Counted from the stretch's first letter, positions 17,391-26,827 are shown. The stretch is 32,000 bases of DNA from Candidatus Saccharimonadota bacterium (GCA_016699265.1 CP064967.1:450001-482000), one strand, 5' to 3'. The notes: a model not told the origin generated them from the letters alone. Numbers and translations are program-made.

Positions 17391-18389
17391 TTAATAAAAG
17401 CTTGATAGTCTTGTAACATACTTGTCCCAACGGAATATGTCTAATACTTTATCTCGATTACCAATCTTCTTTGCTGTTGACGCATTTTTCATGTTATCTA
17501 CAAAATCTTCGATCTTATCGGCAATATTTACAAAACTCTTAAACTCAGGAATGATCGCGGAGGTTTTGCCAATGACCTTGCAGTTCTGTGATAGCGCTTC
17601 AAGCACAGGAAGGTTATAGCTTTCGTATAAAGAAGCTGTGAGATACGCAGTGGAGTTTCGATATAATTCTCGAAGCTTTGCACGATCTGCCCTTACCGAT
17701 CGAATCCTTAACTTTGGATCGACATATCTCTCATGATTTCCTACAAGAATGAGCTCGAAGTCTTCATATGCCTTTTGCTCTTTAAAAATAGTAAATGCCT
17801 GAACAAGATACTCAATGTTCTTTACCGGGTGATCCATTCCCACAAACAGGAAGTATGGCCTACTAGACGTAGTCATCTTTTCTAACTCAATCATGTCAAA
17901 CGGCACTCCAAACGGAAGAACTACTGAAGTCTGGAAGCCAAACTGTTCGCTTAGTTCATGCTGAACTTTTATTGATGAAACGATGATGTTGCTTGCTCGT
18001 GACGTTGCGAACAACACCTGATCTTTTAGCGCCTCATACGAATCGGGGTATAGTTCTTTGTGATAATGAAATGAAAGACCATGCATGAATGAAACAATTT
18101 TCGCCTTACTGAACCAAGGAATGGCCTGGCTCAGGCCTAAGTAGATATTTTTTGAATGCATCATCTCTTCGATGCTTACCCGAACCGACATCCATGCAAA
18201 CGAAGGTCGAAGTACTTTAAACTTTAGGTTATCAAACACTGGAAGATGAGAAGTTTTCTTATACAAATATCCCGTATATAAATTGCTCTGATCGAATCGT
18301 CCGAGGGCTTCCAGTATGTTATGCGTTACAACATAAGTGCCAAATTTATGTGCCCCACAGAGAGCTCCTGCATCAACCGATATTTTCAT
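17391..18389 (-). CDS. Glycosyltransferase family 1/4 (GT-B)
   Basis: 332 aa. FLFVGMDHPVKN...ESYNLPVLEALSQNCKVIG. Confidence 0.8.
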   Translation of the reverse strand: MKISVDAGALCGAHKFGTYVVTHNILEALGRFDQSNLYTGYLYKKTSHLPVFDNLKFKVLRPSFAWMSVRVSIEEMMHSKNIYLGLSQAIPWFSKAKIVSFMHGLSFHYHKELYPDSYEALKDQVLFATSRASNIIVSSIKVQHELSEQFGFQTSVVLPFGVPFDMIELEKMTTSSRPYFLFVGMDHPVKNIEYLVQAFTIFKEQKAYEDFELILVGNHERYVDPKLRIRSVRADRAKLRELYRNSTAYLTASLYESYNLPVLEALSQNCKVIGKTSAIIPEFKSFVNIADKIEDFVDNMKNASTAKKIGNRDKVLDIFRWDKYVTRLSSFY

Positions 18390-20304
18390 AAGCTTTTATG
18401 ACGAGCGGAATCGTAATAGCTGTGTTCAACATTTCACACAGTACAGTAATTATCGCACTTGCATGATATGAAAACAAAGGAACAAAAATAACATTTCCAA
18501 CTATGTTGACGAAAATCTGGAAAAGAAAAATTGCTACTACCCACTTTACCTTCTTAAGAAGATAGAGTACGTTCATGCAAACTGCCGATACCAACAGAAA
18601 TGGGAGTGCGAAGATTACTACTCTGAAGGCCCAGATTCCCTGTACAAATTCCTTACCTAAGGCAAAAGGGAGAATAATAGGAGCGCTGAACCAAGAAAAA
18701 ATGGCGATGCCCATACCTAAAATGAACAAGAGCGTTGAGTCTCGTATAATCTTTTTTTTAACTGCCGGTCTGTCTTCTTCAAGGTGTTGTTTGTATATTG
18801 GAGTTGCGGCAATGGTATAGCTTGACCCAACGAAAATAAGTGCCTCGAAAAATTTATAACCTGAAGCATATACGCCAACCTCATGTACTCCCTTAAAATA
18901 CTGAAGAATGAGAAGATCAACTTTGAAGTATAGCCCTGCAAAAAAACTGAGAAGAATATACATATATGATTTCCTTGTGATATTTTTTAGGTAGCTCATC
19001 TTAGGTATTCCTATCTTCAGACGCATCATCTGTTTTGTTTTAAGCCAGAGATATAGTCCATAGAGACCAAACAGTATCCCCTCTGCTAGGAAGAGAGAGC
19101 GCATTCCAAATCGGCCAACCATCAGACCTATTAGAACAGCGATAAGGAATGTGTTGAAGAACAGTGAGTACAATGAGGCAAGATATGTTCGCGCAATTAG
19201 CGTGGTATATATGAGGAAACTTCCCGAAACTGCATTTGCGAGGACAACCGGAGTGCTAAGTGCTGTAAGGAGTAATAGTTCTGGTTGTCTAAATACACCG
19301 TAGGTGTAGATCAGCGTAACTATTGCAATGAAGATGCTTAGTACCAGCCGAACTGAAAATAATTTTGAGAACTCAGTGGTACTACCTTTTTTGAGATGAA
19401 AGATTTCATAGTTGGTTGTCCCCATATCTGCCAGTGGCATGAATAGTCCAATTTGTGCCCATACTAAGTTGTAGAGACCAAACTGATTGGCGGTGAAAAA
19501 TCGTACTAAGAAAAGAAATAAGATGAAGTTAAGAATCTTTATTGCAAGTGACGAGAAGTTAAGTGTCATAAAATTGTATACAAACGGCCTTCTCTTAAGT
19601 TGATGAAAGATAAGGGGATAGTGCTCATAAAGCGTCTTTGGTAAGCGAATCAATTCGTATAGCCAATTCCTCAGTTCTGCGTTTTTTATAAAAAACCGTA
19701 TCCAACTTGCCATTAACTGCCCATCTTTATCGACATTCGCTTTTGACATCTCGAGATGTTCATAGATAACCGAGCTAACTACTCCAACCCTGAGTCCAGC
19801 ATTTATCGCTCGTTGAGAATAGTCAACATCTTCATAATACATATGGTATTGCTCGGACCAGAAACCAAGCTTTTTAAATGTCTTTCTTGTGAAAAGCATT
19901 AAAGACCCTGATACGAAATCAGTTTTTGAAAAATTTCCCTTTTTATCACGAGACAATCCTGCAGTTAATCTGTTCCGATCAATCTCACCGCCATAAAATA
20001 TATCTCCATCTTGTTTGAAAGCATATCCCCAAAGATCAAAATGTTTCACTGCTTGGGATATTAATTTCTTACTCAGCCTAACATTCACCAAATCAGGATT
20101 TGCCACAATGTAGAGGTCGGGATTATCAAGTTTTGCTAAATTAAGCCCTTTGTTTACACCGTGCGAATAGCCTTCGGTACCCTTCCTGTTTACTACAATA
20201 TGCGTAGAAAGTTTCCCTAATCGTTTTTTAGCAATAAGGCGAGCGAGTTTTTGCGCTAGTTTACTGGACTCAGGTATCGCAACAATAATCAACGCAATTT
20301 TCAT
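18373..20304 (-). CDS. Fusion protein: N-terminal GT2-like glycosyltransferase plus C-terminal Wzx/MOP-type polysaccharide flippase
   Basis: 643 aa. Residues 1 to about 200 are GT2-like (YYEDVDYSQRA), followed by about 12 predicted TM helices typical of oligosaccharide flippases. Confidence 0.75.
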   Translation of the reverse strand: MKIALIIVAIPESSKLAQKLARLIAKKRLGKLSTHIVVNRKGTEGYSHGVNKGLNLAKLDNPDLYIVANPDLVNVRLSKKLISQAVKHFDLWGYAFKQDGDIFYGGEIDRNRLTAGLSRDKKGNFSKTDFVSGSLMLFTRKTFKKLGFWSEQYHMYYEDVDYSQRAINAGLRVGVVSSVIYEHLEMSKANVDKDGQLMASWIRFFIKNAELRNWLYELIRLPKTLYEHYPLIFHQLKRRPFVYNFMTLNFSSLAIKILNFILFLFLVRFFTANQFGLYNLVWAQIGLFMPLADMGTTNYEIFHLKKGSTTEFSKLFSVRLVLSIFIAIVTLIYTYGVFRQPELLLLTALSTPVVLANAVSGSFLIYTTLIARTYLASLYSLFFNTFLIAVLIGLMVGRFGMRSLFLAEGILFGLYGLYLWLKTKQMMRLKIGIPKMSYLKNITRKSYMYILLSFFAGLYFKVDLLILQYFKGVHEVGVYASGYKFFEALIFVGSSYTIAATPIYKQHLEEDRPAVKKKIIRDSTLLFILGMGIAIFSWFSAPIILPFALGKEFVQGIWAFRVVIFALPFLLVSAVCMNVLYLLKKVKWVVAIFLFQIFVNIVGNVIFVPLFSYHASAIITVLCEMLNTAITIPLVIKAYENIG

Positions 20305-21056
20305 TTCTTCAGGTTCTTAATTGCTAAGGACGAGTAAGTTAGAAACTCCATATAGGCAAAACCGAGATCTAGCGGTAACCTAAAAAATCCATCTTTATAA
20401 CCTTTATCCTGAATTAATCTTGCCCAAAACATATGTACAGGGTAAAAAGTCACCTTCTTAAATGAGGATTGCTCTCCTTTCTTATACCTCTCAGTTGCTT
20501 CGTTAAGTGCATACGTGGTGAATTTTCCATACATCTGATGTAGCGTCCGATACGAGTAGTGCATTATAGGCGAACCAAGATTTACGAAGTGTTTTGAGTT
20601 TAAAACAAGCGACTCATGTACCGACACGTTTTTTATGTTAACTTTACGACGTTTCGCAAGTCGTAGCATACGATAATTTTCACCGCCATAGCGCAGTCGT
20701 CTACCAAGGAAATGATTCCGGAATGGAATGATGTAACCATCTGCAAGAATCTTTCGTCTTTTTAGACTTTTAATGGTACGAATTAATGAAGGAGAAACAA
20801 TTTCATCCGAGTCAAGTGCCAGAACCAGATCTCCTGTGGCTCGAGACAAGGCTTTCGATTTATTTTTTCCGAGGTGATTTAATCGAGTTGCGATGGGATT
20901 TATATTGAAAGATTTGAGAATCGATAAAGTGCGGTCGGTCGAACCCGCATCCACCACAACTATCTCATCGGCAATGTCTTTGACACTTTTTATGGACTGA
21001 AAAAGGAGCTCGTCCGCATTGCGCGTCACCATGATAACGCTTAATCTATGTTTCAC
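20301..21056 (-). CDS. Glycosyltransferase family 2
   Basis: 251 aa. LSVIMVTRNADE...EIVVVDAGSTD and ALDSDE. Confidence 0.85.
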   Translation of the reverse strand: MKHRLSVIMVTRNADELLFQSIKSVKDIADEIVVVDAGSTDRTLSILKSFNINPIATRLNHLGKNKSKALSRATGDLVLALDSDEIVSPSLIRTIKSLKRRKILADGYIIPFRNHFLGRRLRYGGENYRMLRLAKRRKVNIKNVSVHESLVLNSKHFVNLGSPIMHYSYRTLHQMYGKFTTYALNEATERYKKGEQSSFKKVTFYPVHMFWARLIQDKGYKDGFFRLPLDLGFAYMEFLTYSSLAIKNLKK

Positions 21057-21910
21057 TTTTTTTGTGCAATTGCTAGAAGTAATCCACCATTATACAACCT
21101 CCATAACAGAGGTCTAAGAATGAGATATCCAATAAATAGAGCAGGTATCGTTAATATTTTTAGCAGTTTTCGAAAATATATATTTTGTATCCATTTATAG
21201 TTGCCTTGTAGACTAAGCCAGAAATCATTTCTATTTTCAAAGGATTCTAGGTACACCAAACGGAAACCTGAAATGTCAAAGATTTTCTTCAGTGATTGCC
21301 TTGAGAAATGAAAGTAGTGATCCTCTAGCATCCACCAAGGCCAGTTATTTGAGAGGAGTCGCATAGTGCTTTGATAGTTTGGTAGGAGTACTACAACATA
21401 CCCCTTTTCCTTCAAGAGAATTCGAGTCTTCTGTAGAACCTCCAAAGGATCTTTAAAGTGTTCAAGCACATCCAAGAAAGTAATTGCTGAGTACGTACCT
21501 CTTCTTCCCCTAAAGTTCATGAACTGTTTCTTTACCCAAGTAACTCGCTTATTCCCTTCCAGGAAAAATGGTTTCAAGTGTGGCTCTATCATCGTAACCT
21601 TCAGATGTTTCTCACGGGAAATAAGATCTGAAAAAAGACCGAAACCACCTCCAACGTCGAGAATATTTCCTTCGCTCACAAACATACTCATTCTCTCTAT
21701 TACTCGTTCAAACTTTTCTACATAATTATCAATATTTTTACGCACTGCAACAGGTGAGTAAAACCGCGAAGTACCATAAAGTATCTTTTTCGTGGTTATT
21801 AGTTTAGAGCTGATTCCGAGCTGACAACGAGGACATTCATAGATTAAAGTCTTCTTTACCCACGCCAGGTGTATCAAATCAGAACGTTTACAAAGTATGC
21901 ATTGATTCAT
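21053..21910 (-). CDS. Class I SAM-dependent methyltransferase with an N-terminal CxxC...CxxC zinc ribbon
   Basis: MNQCILCKRS...CPRCQL, then motif I ILDVGGGFG. The start is set at ATG 21908-21910. The longer track ORF would overlap the divergent gene. Confidence 0.8.
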   Translation of the reverse strand: MNQCILCKRSDLIHLAWVKKTLIYECPRCQLGISSKLITTKKILYGTSRFYSPVAVRKNIDNYVEKFERVIERMSMFVSEGNILDVGGGFGLFSDLISREKHLKVTMIEPHLKPFFLEGNKRVTWVKKQFMNFRGRRGTYSAITFLDVLEHFKDPLEVLQKTRILLKEKGYVVVLLPNYQSTMRLLSNNWPWWMLEDHYFHFSRQSLKKIFDISGFRLVYLESFENRNDFWLSLQGNYKWIQNIYFRKLLKILTIPALFIGYLILRPLLWRLYNGGLLLAIAQKK

Positions 21911-21995
21911 AAATATGTTGCTAATATAACCCGATATTAAATTTTTGTAGATTATAGTCAATGGACTCAACCTGAGCAACCGATAAACTTTCGGA

Positions 21996-22910
21996 ATGAA
22001 AATTACACGATGTCCGATTTGCCAAAGTGTCACAACGAGAAACTATGCAAAGAGAGATAACTATTCATATCGTCACTGCATAAAATGTAATCATGTATTC
22101 CTTTTTCCGATACCCTCTTCATCATCGCTTCTAGATCTGTACTCGGGAGATTATGAGTTTCGAGTAAATGCTACCGCAAGAAATAGATTCGAAAAACAAG
22201 CCGATACCATCCTGAAGAATATGAGGCGGCTCAACCCTCAAGGTAAGACTCTCCTTGATGTGGGAGCAGGTTATGGCACCTTCGTGGAGATGGGACTCAG
22301 AAATCAACTGAAGGCGGTTGGGATAGAACCTGCGCGTAATCTATATCGGCAAGCAAAAACTAGGCTGGGAGATAAGATAATTCACACAGATCTAAATGAA
22401 TTTGTAAAAAGGAATAATAAACTCTTTGATTTCATTTCATTAATACATGTGGTTGAACATGTGGAAAATCCGGCCATTACTCTTTCCACTTTATATCAGT
22501 TACTCAAGCTAAATGGTGTCCTCTATGTCGAAACTCCTAATATCGATAGCTTCCTCTCCGATGCAGAAAAATCCAACTACACATTTCTCACTCCACCAGA
22601 TCATCTTAATTTGTTTTCTTCTAGATCTTTCAAAACATTACTTAATTCCTTAGACCTACCTTTGAAAGCAAGTTATTCCACCTACAGTTATCCTGAGCAT
22701 TTCGTAGGTATTTTGAGATCATCGAAATCAAAGCTGTTTCACAACCATGTTTCAACCATTGGAAGCACTCAGAAAACAAATACGAAGAATAACGATACGG
22801 TCTCCGATCTTCCATTTTTTGATAGGGTAGTGGCCCCAGCACTTACTCCCCTCTTGAACATTGGAAATAGGGGAAGCATACTTCAGATATATATTCAAAA
22901 AATGAATTGA
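21996..22910 (+). CDS. Class I SAM-dependent methyltransferase with an N-terminal zinc ribbon
   Basis: CPICQS...CIKCNH, then LLDVGAGYGTF and FDFISLIHVVEHV. Confidence 0.85.
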   Translation: MKITRCPICQSVTTRNYAKRDNYSYRHCIKCNHVFLFPIPSSSSLLDLYSGDYEFRVNATARNRFEKQADTILKNMRRLNPQGKTLLDVGAGYGTFVEMGLRNQLKAVGIEPARNLYRQAKTRLGDKIIHTDLNEFVKRNNKLFDFISLIHVVEHVENPAITLSTLYQLLKLNGVLYVETPNIDSFLSDAEKSNYTFLTPPDHLNLFSSRSFKTLLNSLDLPLKASYSTYSYPEHFVGILRSSKSKLFHNHVSTIGSTQKTNTKNNDTVSDLPFFDRVVAPALTPLLNIGNRGSILQIYIQKMN

Positions 22911-22934
22911 AGTCGAGGCATCGGTTGCTATAAT
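22907..22934 (+). promoter_or_regulatory. Sigma70-like promoter TTGAAG-16 nt-TATAAT, 6 nt before ATG 22941
   Basis: TTGAAG at 22907-22912 and TATAAT at 22929-22934. Confidence 0.55.
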
Positions 22935-22940
22935 GATGAA

Positions 22941-23474
22941 ATGCTAAACTTTCTGTTAATTTTGTGGCTTCTCTTTTTTCCGTTATCTGCAATTGCACAA
23001 GAAACCACTCCCGCCGACTCCCTTACGCCAACTGTTACTGACTCCATCACCCCAACTCCAACTCTAACACCAACTTCTGAACCTACCGCAACTCCTGTAC
23101 CAACAAGCACGACAGAACCATCAAGCCCAACAAGTACACCAGTACCCGCAGTAATATCTAAACAAGTGACCTTGCCTACGAAAAAACAATCAGCAACCAC
23201 TCAACAGTCGGGTGGATTTGGTAGTGATGGTCTTGTTGAGGATAAGGATACTCCAAACCAAGGAGGTCTCTCAAACGGACAAACCTTAGGAAGCGCAACT
23301 TTGGATGTAAATAACGCAGGTGATAAAGATCTACTTGGAACTCTTATTTTTCTAACGGCAGCTGCCGTACTCGTCGTTTGGACAACATACGCAGTTCTGG
23401 TTCAGAAAGGAATCATTAAGACAGAGAAGAAACCGAAGAATCTTGGTGGAATTACTCCCCGACCACTTGATTAG
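22941..23474 (+). CDS. Secreted Thr/Pro/Ser-rich (mucin-like) protein with a C-terminal TM anchor
   Basis: 177 aa. Signal-like N-terminus ...SAIAQE, about 60 aa of TP/SP repeats, and a C-terminal LIFLTAAAVLVVWTTYAVLV. Confidence 0.7.
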   Translation: MLNFLLILWLLFFPLSAIAQETTPADSLTPTVTDSITPTPTLTPTSEPTATPVPTSTTEPSSPTSTPVPAVISKQVTLPTKKQSATTQQSGGFGSDGLVEDKDTPNQGGLSNGQTLGSATLDVNNAGDKDLLGTLIFLTAAAVLVVWTTYAVLVQKGIIKTEKKPKNLGGITPRPLD

Positions 23475-24468
23475 GTGAAGGCTCAACGATCTTCATAATT
23501 GCACGAGCAAGTTTTTCTGGATTATGACGAATGAGACTTCGTTTTAGGGCATCACTCTTCGATTGAGTGCTCTGTTCGGATCCTAAAAAGTCCTCCCGAA
23601 TAACCTTGAGATTTTCACTGTCCTCGAGATCGTTCTTCACCGGAAACTCATGCTGCTCTTCATAGAGCTTGAGAACTTCTGCGGGAAGGAGCCCATCGTT
23701 CACGATTACATAATCTATGGGAGCATGTAGTAAATACTTCTCAAGAACCCGTAAATGGTCCTGTGCTGAGAAACCGTAGGTCTGACCGTACTTGGTCATT
23801 AAGTTCAGCGTATAGATCTTTTTAGCTGAGGAGTTTTTGATCGCTTCTGCAATCCCTTGTACGAGAACGTTCGGGAGAATACTTGTATATAAATCTCCTG
23901 GCCCTATGAGAATATAGTCAGCTTCCTTTATTGCTTGTAGTGCGTCAGGATTAGCTACTCCGTTCGGTTCTAAATATAATTTATTAATTTTGAGTGTCCC
24001 GTCATGCTTCGGCTCATCAATGAAATGCTCCTCATTGAGAATGAGTCCATTCTCGTATTCAGCAAAGAGATGTGTATTCGTATAGGTCACCGGAACCACG
24101 GTTCCATTAATTCGTAAGATCTGCCCTGTTTTGGCAATTGCATCTTTTTGAGATCCTAGGATGTCAGAAAGAGCTGCCATAAAGAGATTTCAAAGGTCAT
24201 TCCAGAAATTCCTTCTCCCTTTTCAAAACGATACATGAAGAGTTTGCGCATCAGTTCCGATTCTCCGTCTTCTGCTGCGAGCGCAACAAGACAGGAACGA
24301 ATATCCGAAGTTGGCAGCAATCCAAACTCATCTCTGATACGCTTATTGCTCCCTCCCGAATCACTCATCGAAACGATCGCAGTGAGATGTACTGGATATC
24401 GTGTAAGTCCTTTGAGAATTACAAACTTCCGGTCCCTCCTCCTAAAACAACAATGTTTTCTTTTTCAT
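23452..24468 (-). CDS. yvcK: YvcK/GlmR (CofD-like, UPF0052) family protein, three 1-nt deletions in homopolymers
   Basis: Restored reading is MKKKNIVVLGGGTGSFVILKGLTRYPVHLTAIVSMSDSGGSNKRIRDEFGLLPTSDIRSCLVALA...RFEKGEGISGMTF.NLFMAALSDILGS... The shifts fall at plus-strand T4 (24456-24459), A3 (24423-24425) and T3 (24188-24190). Confidence 0.85.
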
Positions 24469-24470
24469 CT

Positions 24471-26261
24471 CTATTTTACCGTAACTGATTTTGCTAAGTT
24501 CCTTGGTTTATCTGGATCCTTCAAGCCTTTTTGCGAGAGCAGTGTAGTAAGCGAGTAGTTGCGAAACAACAATCTCTAAAATTAAGGTCGAGTCGCCTGC
24601 ATCATCGACATTAAAGTAAAAGTCAAAAAACCGGATGAGGTTTTGGGCTCAAACCGATGATATAGCCACCACGTGCGCTTACTTCCTGAGCATTTGAGAT
24701 GATCTCATCATAGGTTTCATCAAGGGGCAGAACAAAGACCGGCGTCCCCTTTCTCCACGAGGGCGATTACACCGTGTTTCAGCTCGCCACCAGCGAATCC
24801 CTCAGCATGAAGGTAGCTAGTTTCTTTTAACTTCAGGGCGAACTCCAGAGCTGCAGGGTAAGACAAACCTCTTCCGAGAACATACATATGCTCTTTTTTT
24901 GATAGATTCTTTGCGAGTTTCTTTATCTTCGATATGTATGCAGGTAACAATAACTTCTTAATACCCAGAGCTGTTTTCTCAAGAGATCTTCTTCCCTCCT
25001 CTGCTTTACCGGCAAGCGTAGATGCGGTGTAAAGGAGAACAGAGATCATCGCAGTGAATGCCTTGGTCGATATTACCGCTTTCTCGGGACCCGCTCCAAG
25101 CAATAAACGAAAGTCGGTGATACGGTAGAGGGTTGACCCAAGTACATTGGTGACCACTGCAGTCTGAGCTCCTCGTTTTTTAGCATGTTGGACAGGTTGC
25201 ACAACATCGATCGTCTCACCGCTTTGAGTTATTGGAACGATGAGTGAGTCCTTTGTGAGATAGTCCTCTAAATATCCGAATTCCGACCCAATTGCATTAT
25301 TTACATGGCTTTTTGCAATTCGAGAAAAGAGATATGTTCCTGCTAGCGCAGCGTATGAAGCTGTGCCACATCCAATGAAGAAGGTTCCTTTGGCTTTCTT
25401 GATTTTGCTTGCTAGAGCCGCTACCTGTTTTCCGTACATTGTCGCGATATTGAGGATTACTTGGGGTTGCTCATGAATCTCTTTAATGAGAAAGTGGGGA
25501 TATTTACCTAAGGATGCCGACTCTACCTTCCATGTAATCTTCTGAAACTCAAATTTTTTCTTTTTTCCGGAAGGTAACTCAATAACATGCATTTCCGATT
25601 CAGAAAGAATTGCCATTTCATTATCATCAAGAAAGTACAGATCTCTAGTATATTTGAAGATACCAACTGCATCGGAAGCGACATAGAATTCTTTTTTACC
25701 CTGCCTACCGGCAGACAGACTCTTTCCGATTACAAGTGGTGAGCCATTCTTTACGCATACGATCTCCTTCGAAAGAGTGTACATAACCACGATCGCATTC
25801 AGTCCTTTGAGTTGATTGAAGGCATTCCGTACTGAGGTCGCAAATCCCTGCCCATTCCTGAGTTCAAAATCGATAAGGTGAGGAATGACCTCAGAATCTG
25901 TATCAGAAACAAAATCATAACCATGCTTTATGAGATTCTTTTTAATCTCAATGAAGTTTTCGATGATTCCGTTATGAACCACAGCTATCGTTCTTGCTTT
26001 ATTGGTGTGGGGATGCGCATTTGCTACAGTTACTCCGCCATGAGTTGCCCAACGGGTATGGCCAATTCCAAGTGAGCTTGCTGAAAGGGATATGGTTGCG
26101 TCTCCGATCTTTCCAATGTGCTTTTCCGAAGTTATTTTCTTATCATGTTTAATGCTTATCCCCCAGGAGTCGTAGCCTCTATACTCGAGCGTCTTGAGTC
26201 CATCAAGAATCATCTGGGCTGTGTTTTGCTCGTGACCAACGTAGCCAAAAATTCCGCACAT
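24471..26261 (-). CDS. glmS: Glutamine--fructose-6-phosphate aminotransferase, three 1-nt insertions near the 3' end
   Basis: MCGIFGYVG N-terminus plus two SIS domains. The track ORF stops at 24720. Removing one base at each of C4 (24746-24749), A6 (24625-24630) and T5 (24528-24532) gives ...EKGTPVFVLPLDETYDEIISNAQEVSARGGYIIGLS...LLAYYTALAKGLKDPDKPRNLAKSVTVK* with the stop at 24471-24473. Confidence 0.9.
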
Positions 26262-26278
26262 ATAGGTATCAATTGTAC

Positions 26279-26788
26279 TTAATTATTGTGGGAATCACGC
26301 ACGAGAATAATCTTGTTGAGGTCGTCAGGTTGAGAGGTCTGTTTGAATCCCAGTTTCTCATGAAGTTGTATTGAGGTAATATTATCGGCAGAGACCTTTG
26401 CCCATACATACTGCGATTCAAAACGATCGAATAACTGAGTATAAAACCAAACACCAAGTCCTTTACCTCGTGCAGTACTGTAGAGTCTAATTGCGCAAGT
26501 CTTTGTAAATTTCTTTTCGCTCTCTGAATCGAGTTTGAGGATAAAATCTGCCGGAATAGATTTTGTCTGAAGCCATGCAATCCCGAGAAGCTCCTCATGA
26601 ATATCCGTGAGAACAATATATTCAGGATTCAACTGAAGCCAATTTTTTGTTGATTTCTGTGTACTAAATCGCTTACGATCTGAGGTCCATTTTGCAAGAA
26701 CAGGATCTGTGTTCGAGTATCGAATCAGAGTGTCGATTTGAGAGTCGTTCAGTGTGTCCGTAATTAAATAGTCTTCTATATTCTCCAC
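26279..26788 (-). CDS. GNAT-family N-acetyltransferase (GTG start)
   Basis: 169 aa. RLYSTARGKGLGVWFY (Q/RxxGxG/A-type acetyl-CoA loop), then SIQLHEKLGF. Confidence 0.7.
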   Translation of the reverse strand: MENIEDYLITDTLNDSQIDTLIRYSNTDPVLAKWTSDRKRFSTQKSTKNWLQLNPEYIVLTDIHEELLGIAWLQTKSIPADFILKLDSESEKKFTKTCAIRLYSTARGKGLGVWFYTQLFDRFESQYVWAKVSADNITSIQLHEKLGFKQTSQPDDLNKIILVRDSHNN

Positions 26789-26827
26789 ACCATATTGTAC
26801 TAAATGGAGGTTCGTAGATATGCAATT

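Noticed and set aside
21911-22033. Long N-terminal extension of the minus-strand methyltransferase
   Set aside because: It would overlap the divergent gene start at 21996. The zinc-ribbon motif begins right after the internal Met (MNQCILCKRS), which mirrors the paralogue.
22928-23200. 90 aa Gly/Val-rich minus-strand ORF
   Set aside because: It is the antisense mirror of the Thr/Pro-repeat region of the plus-strand 22941-23474 gene. Repetitive ACN/CCN codons read as GNT/NGG on the other strand.
26262-26278. glmS ribozyme in the glmS leader
   Set aside because: Only 17 nt separate the upstream GNAT stop from the glmS ATG, which is far too short for the ribozyme.
26269-26616. 115 aa alternative-frame ORF inside the GNAT gene
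   Set aside because: It is on the same strand, overlapping the GNAT frame that carries the acetyl-CoA-binding motif. It has no independent support.
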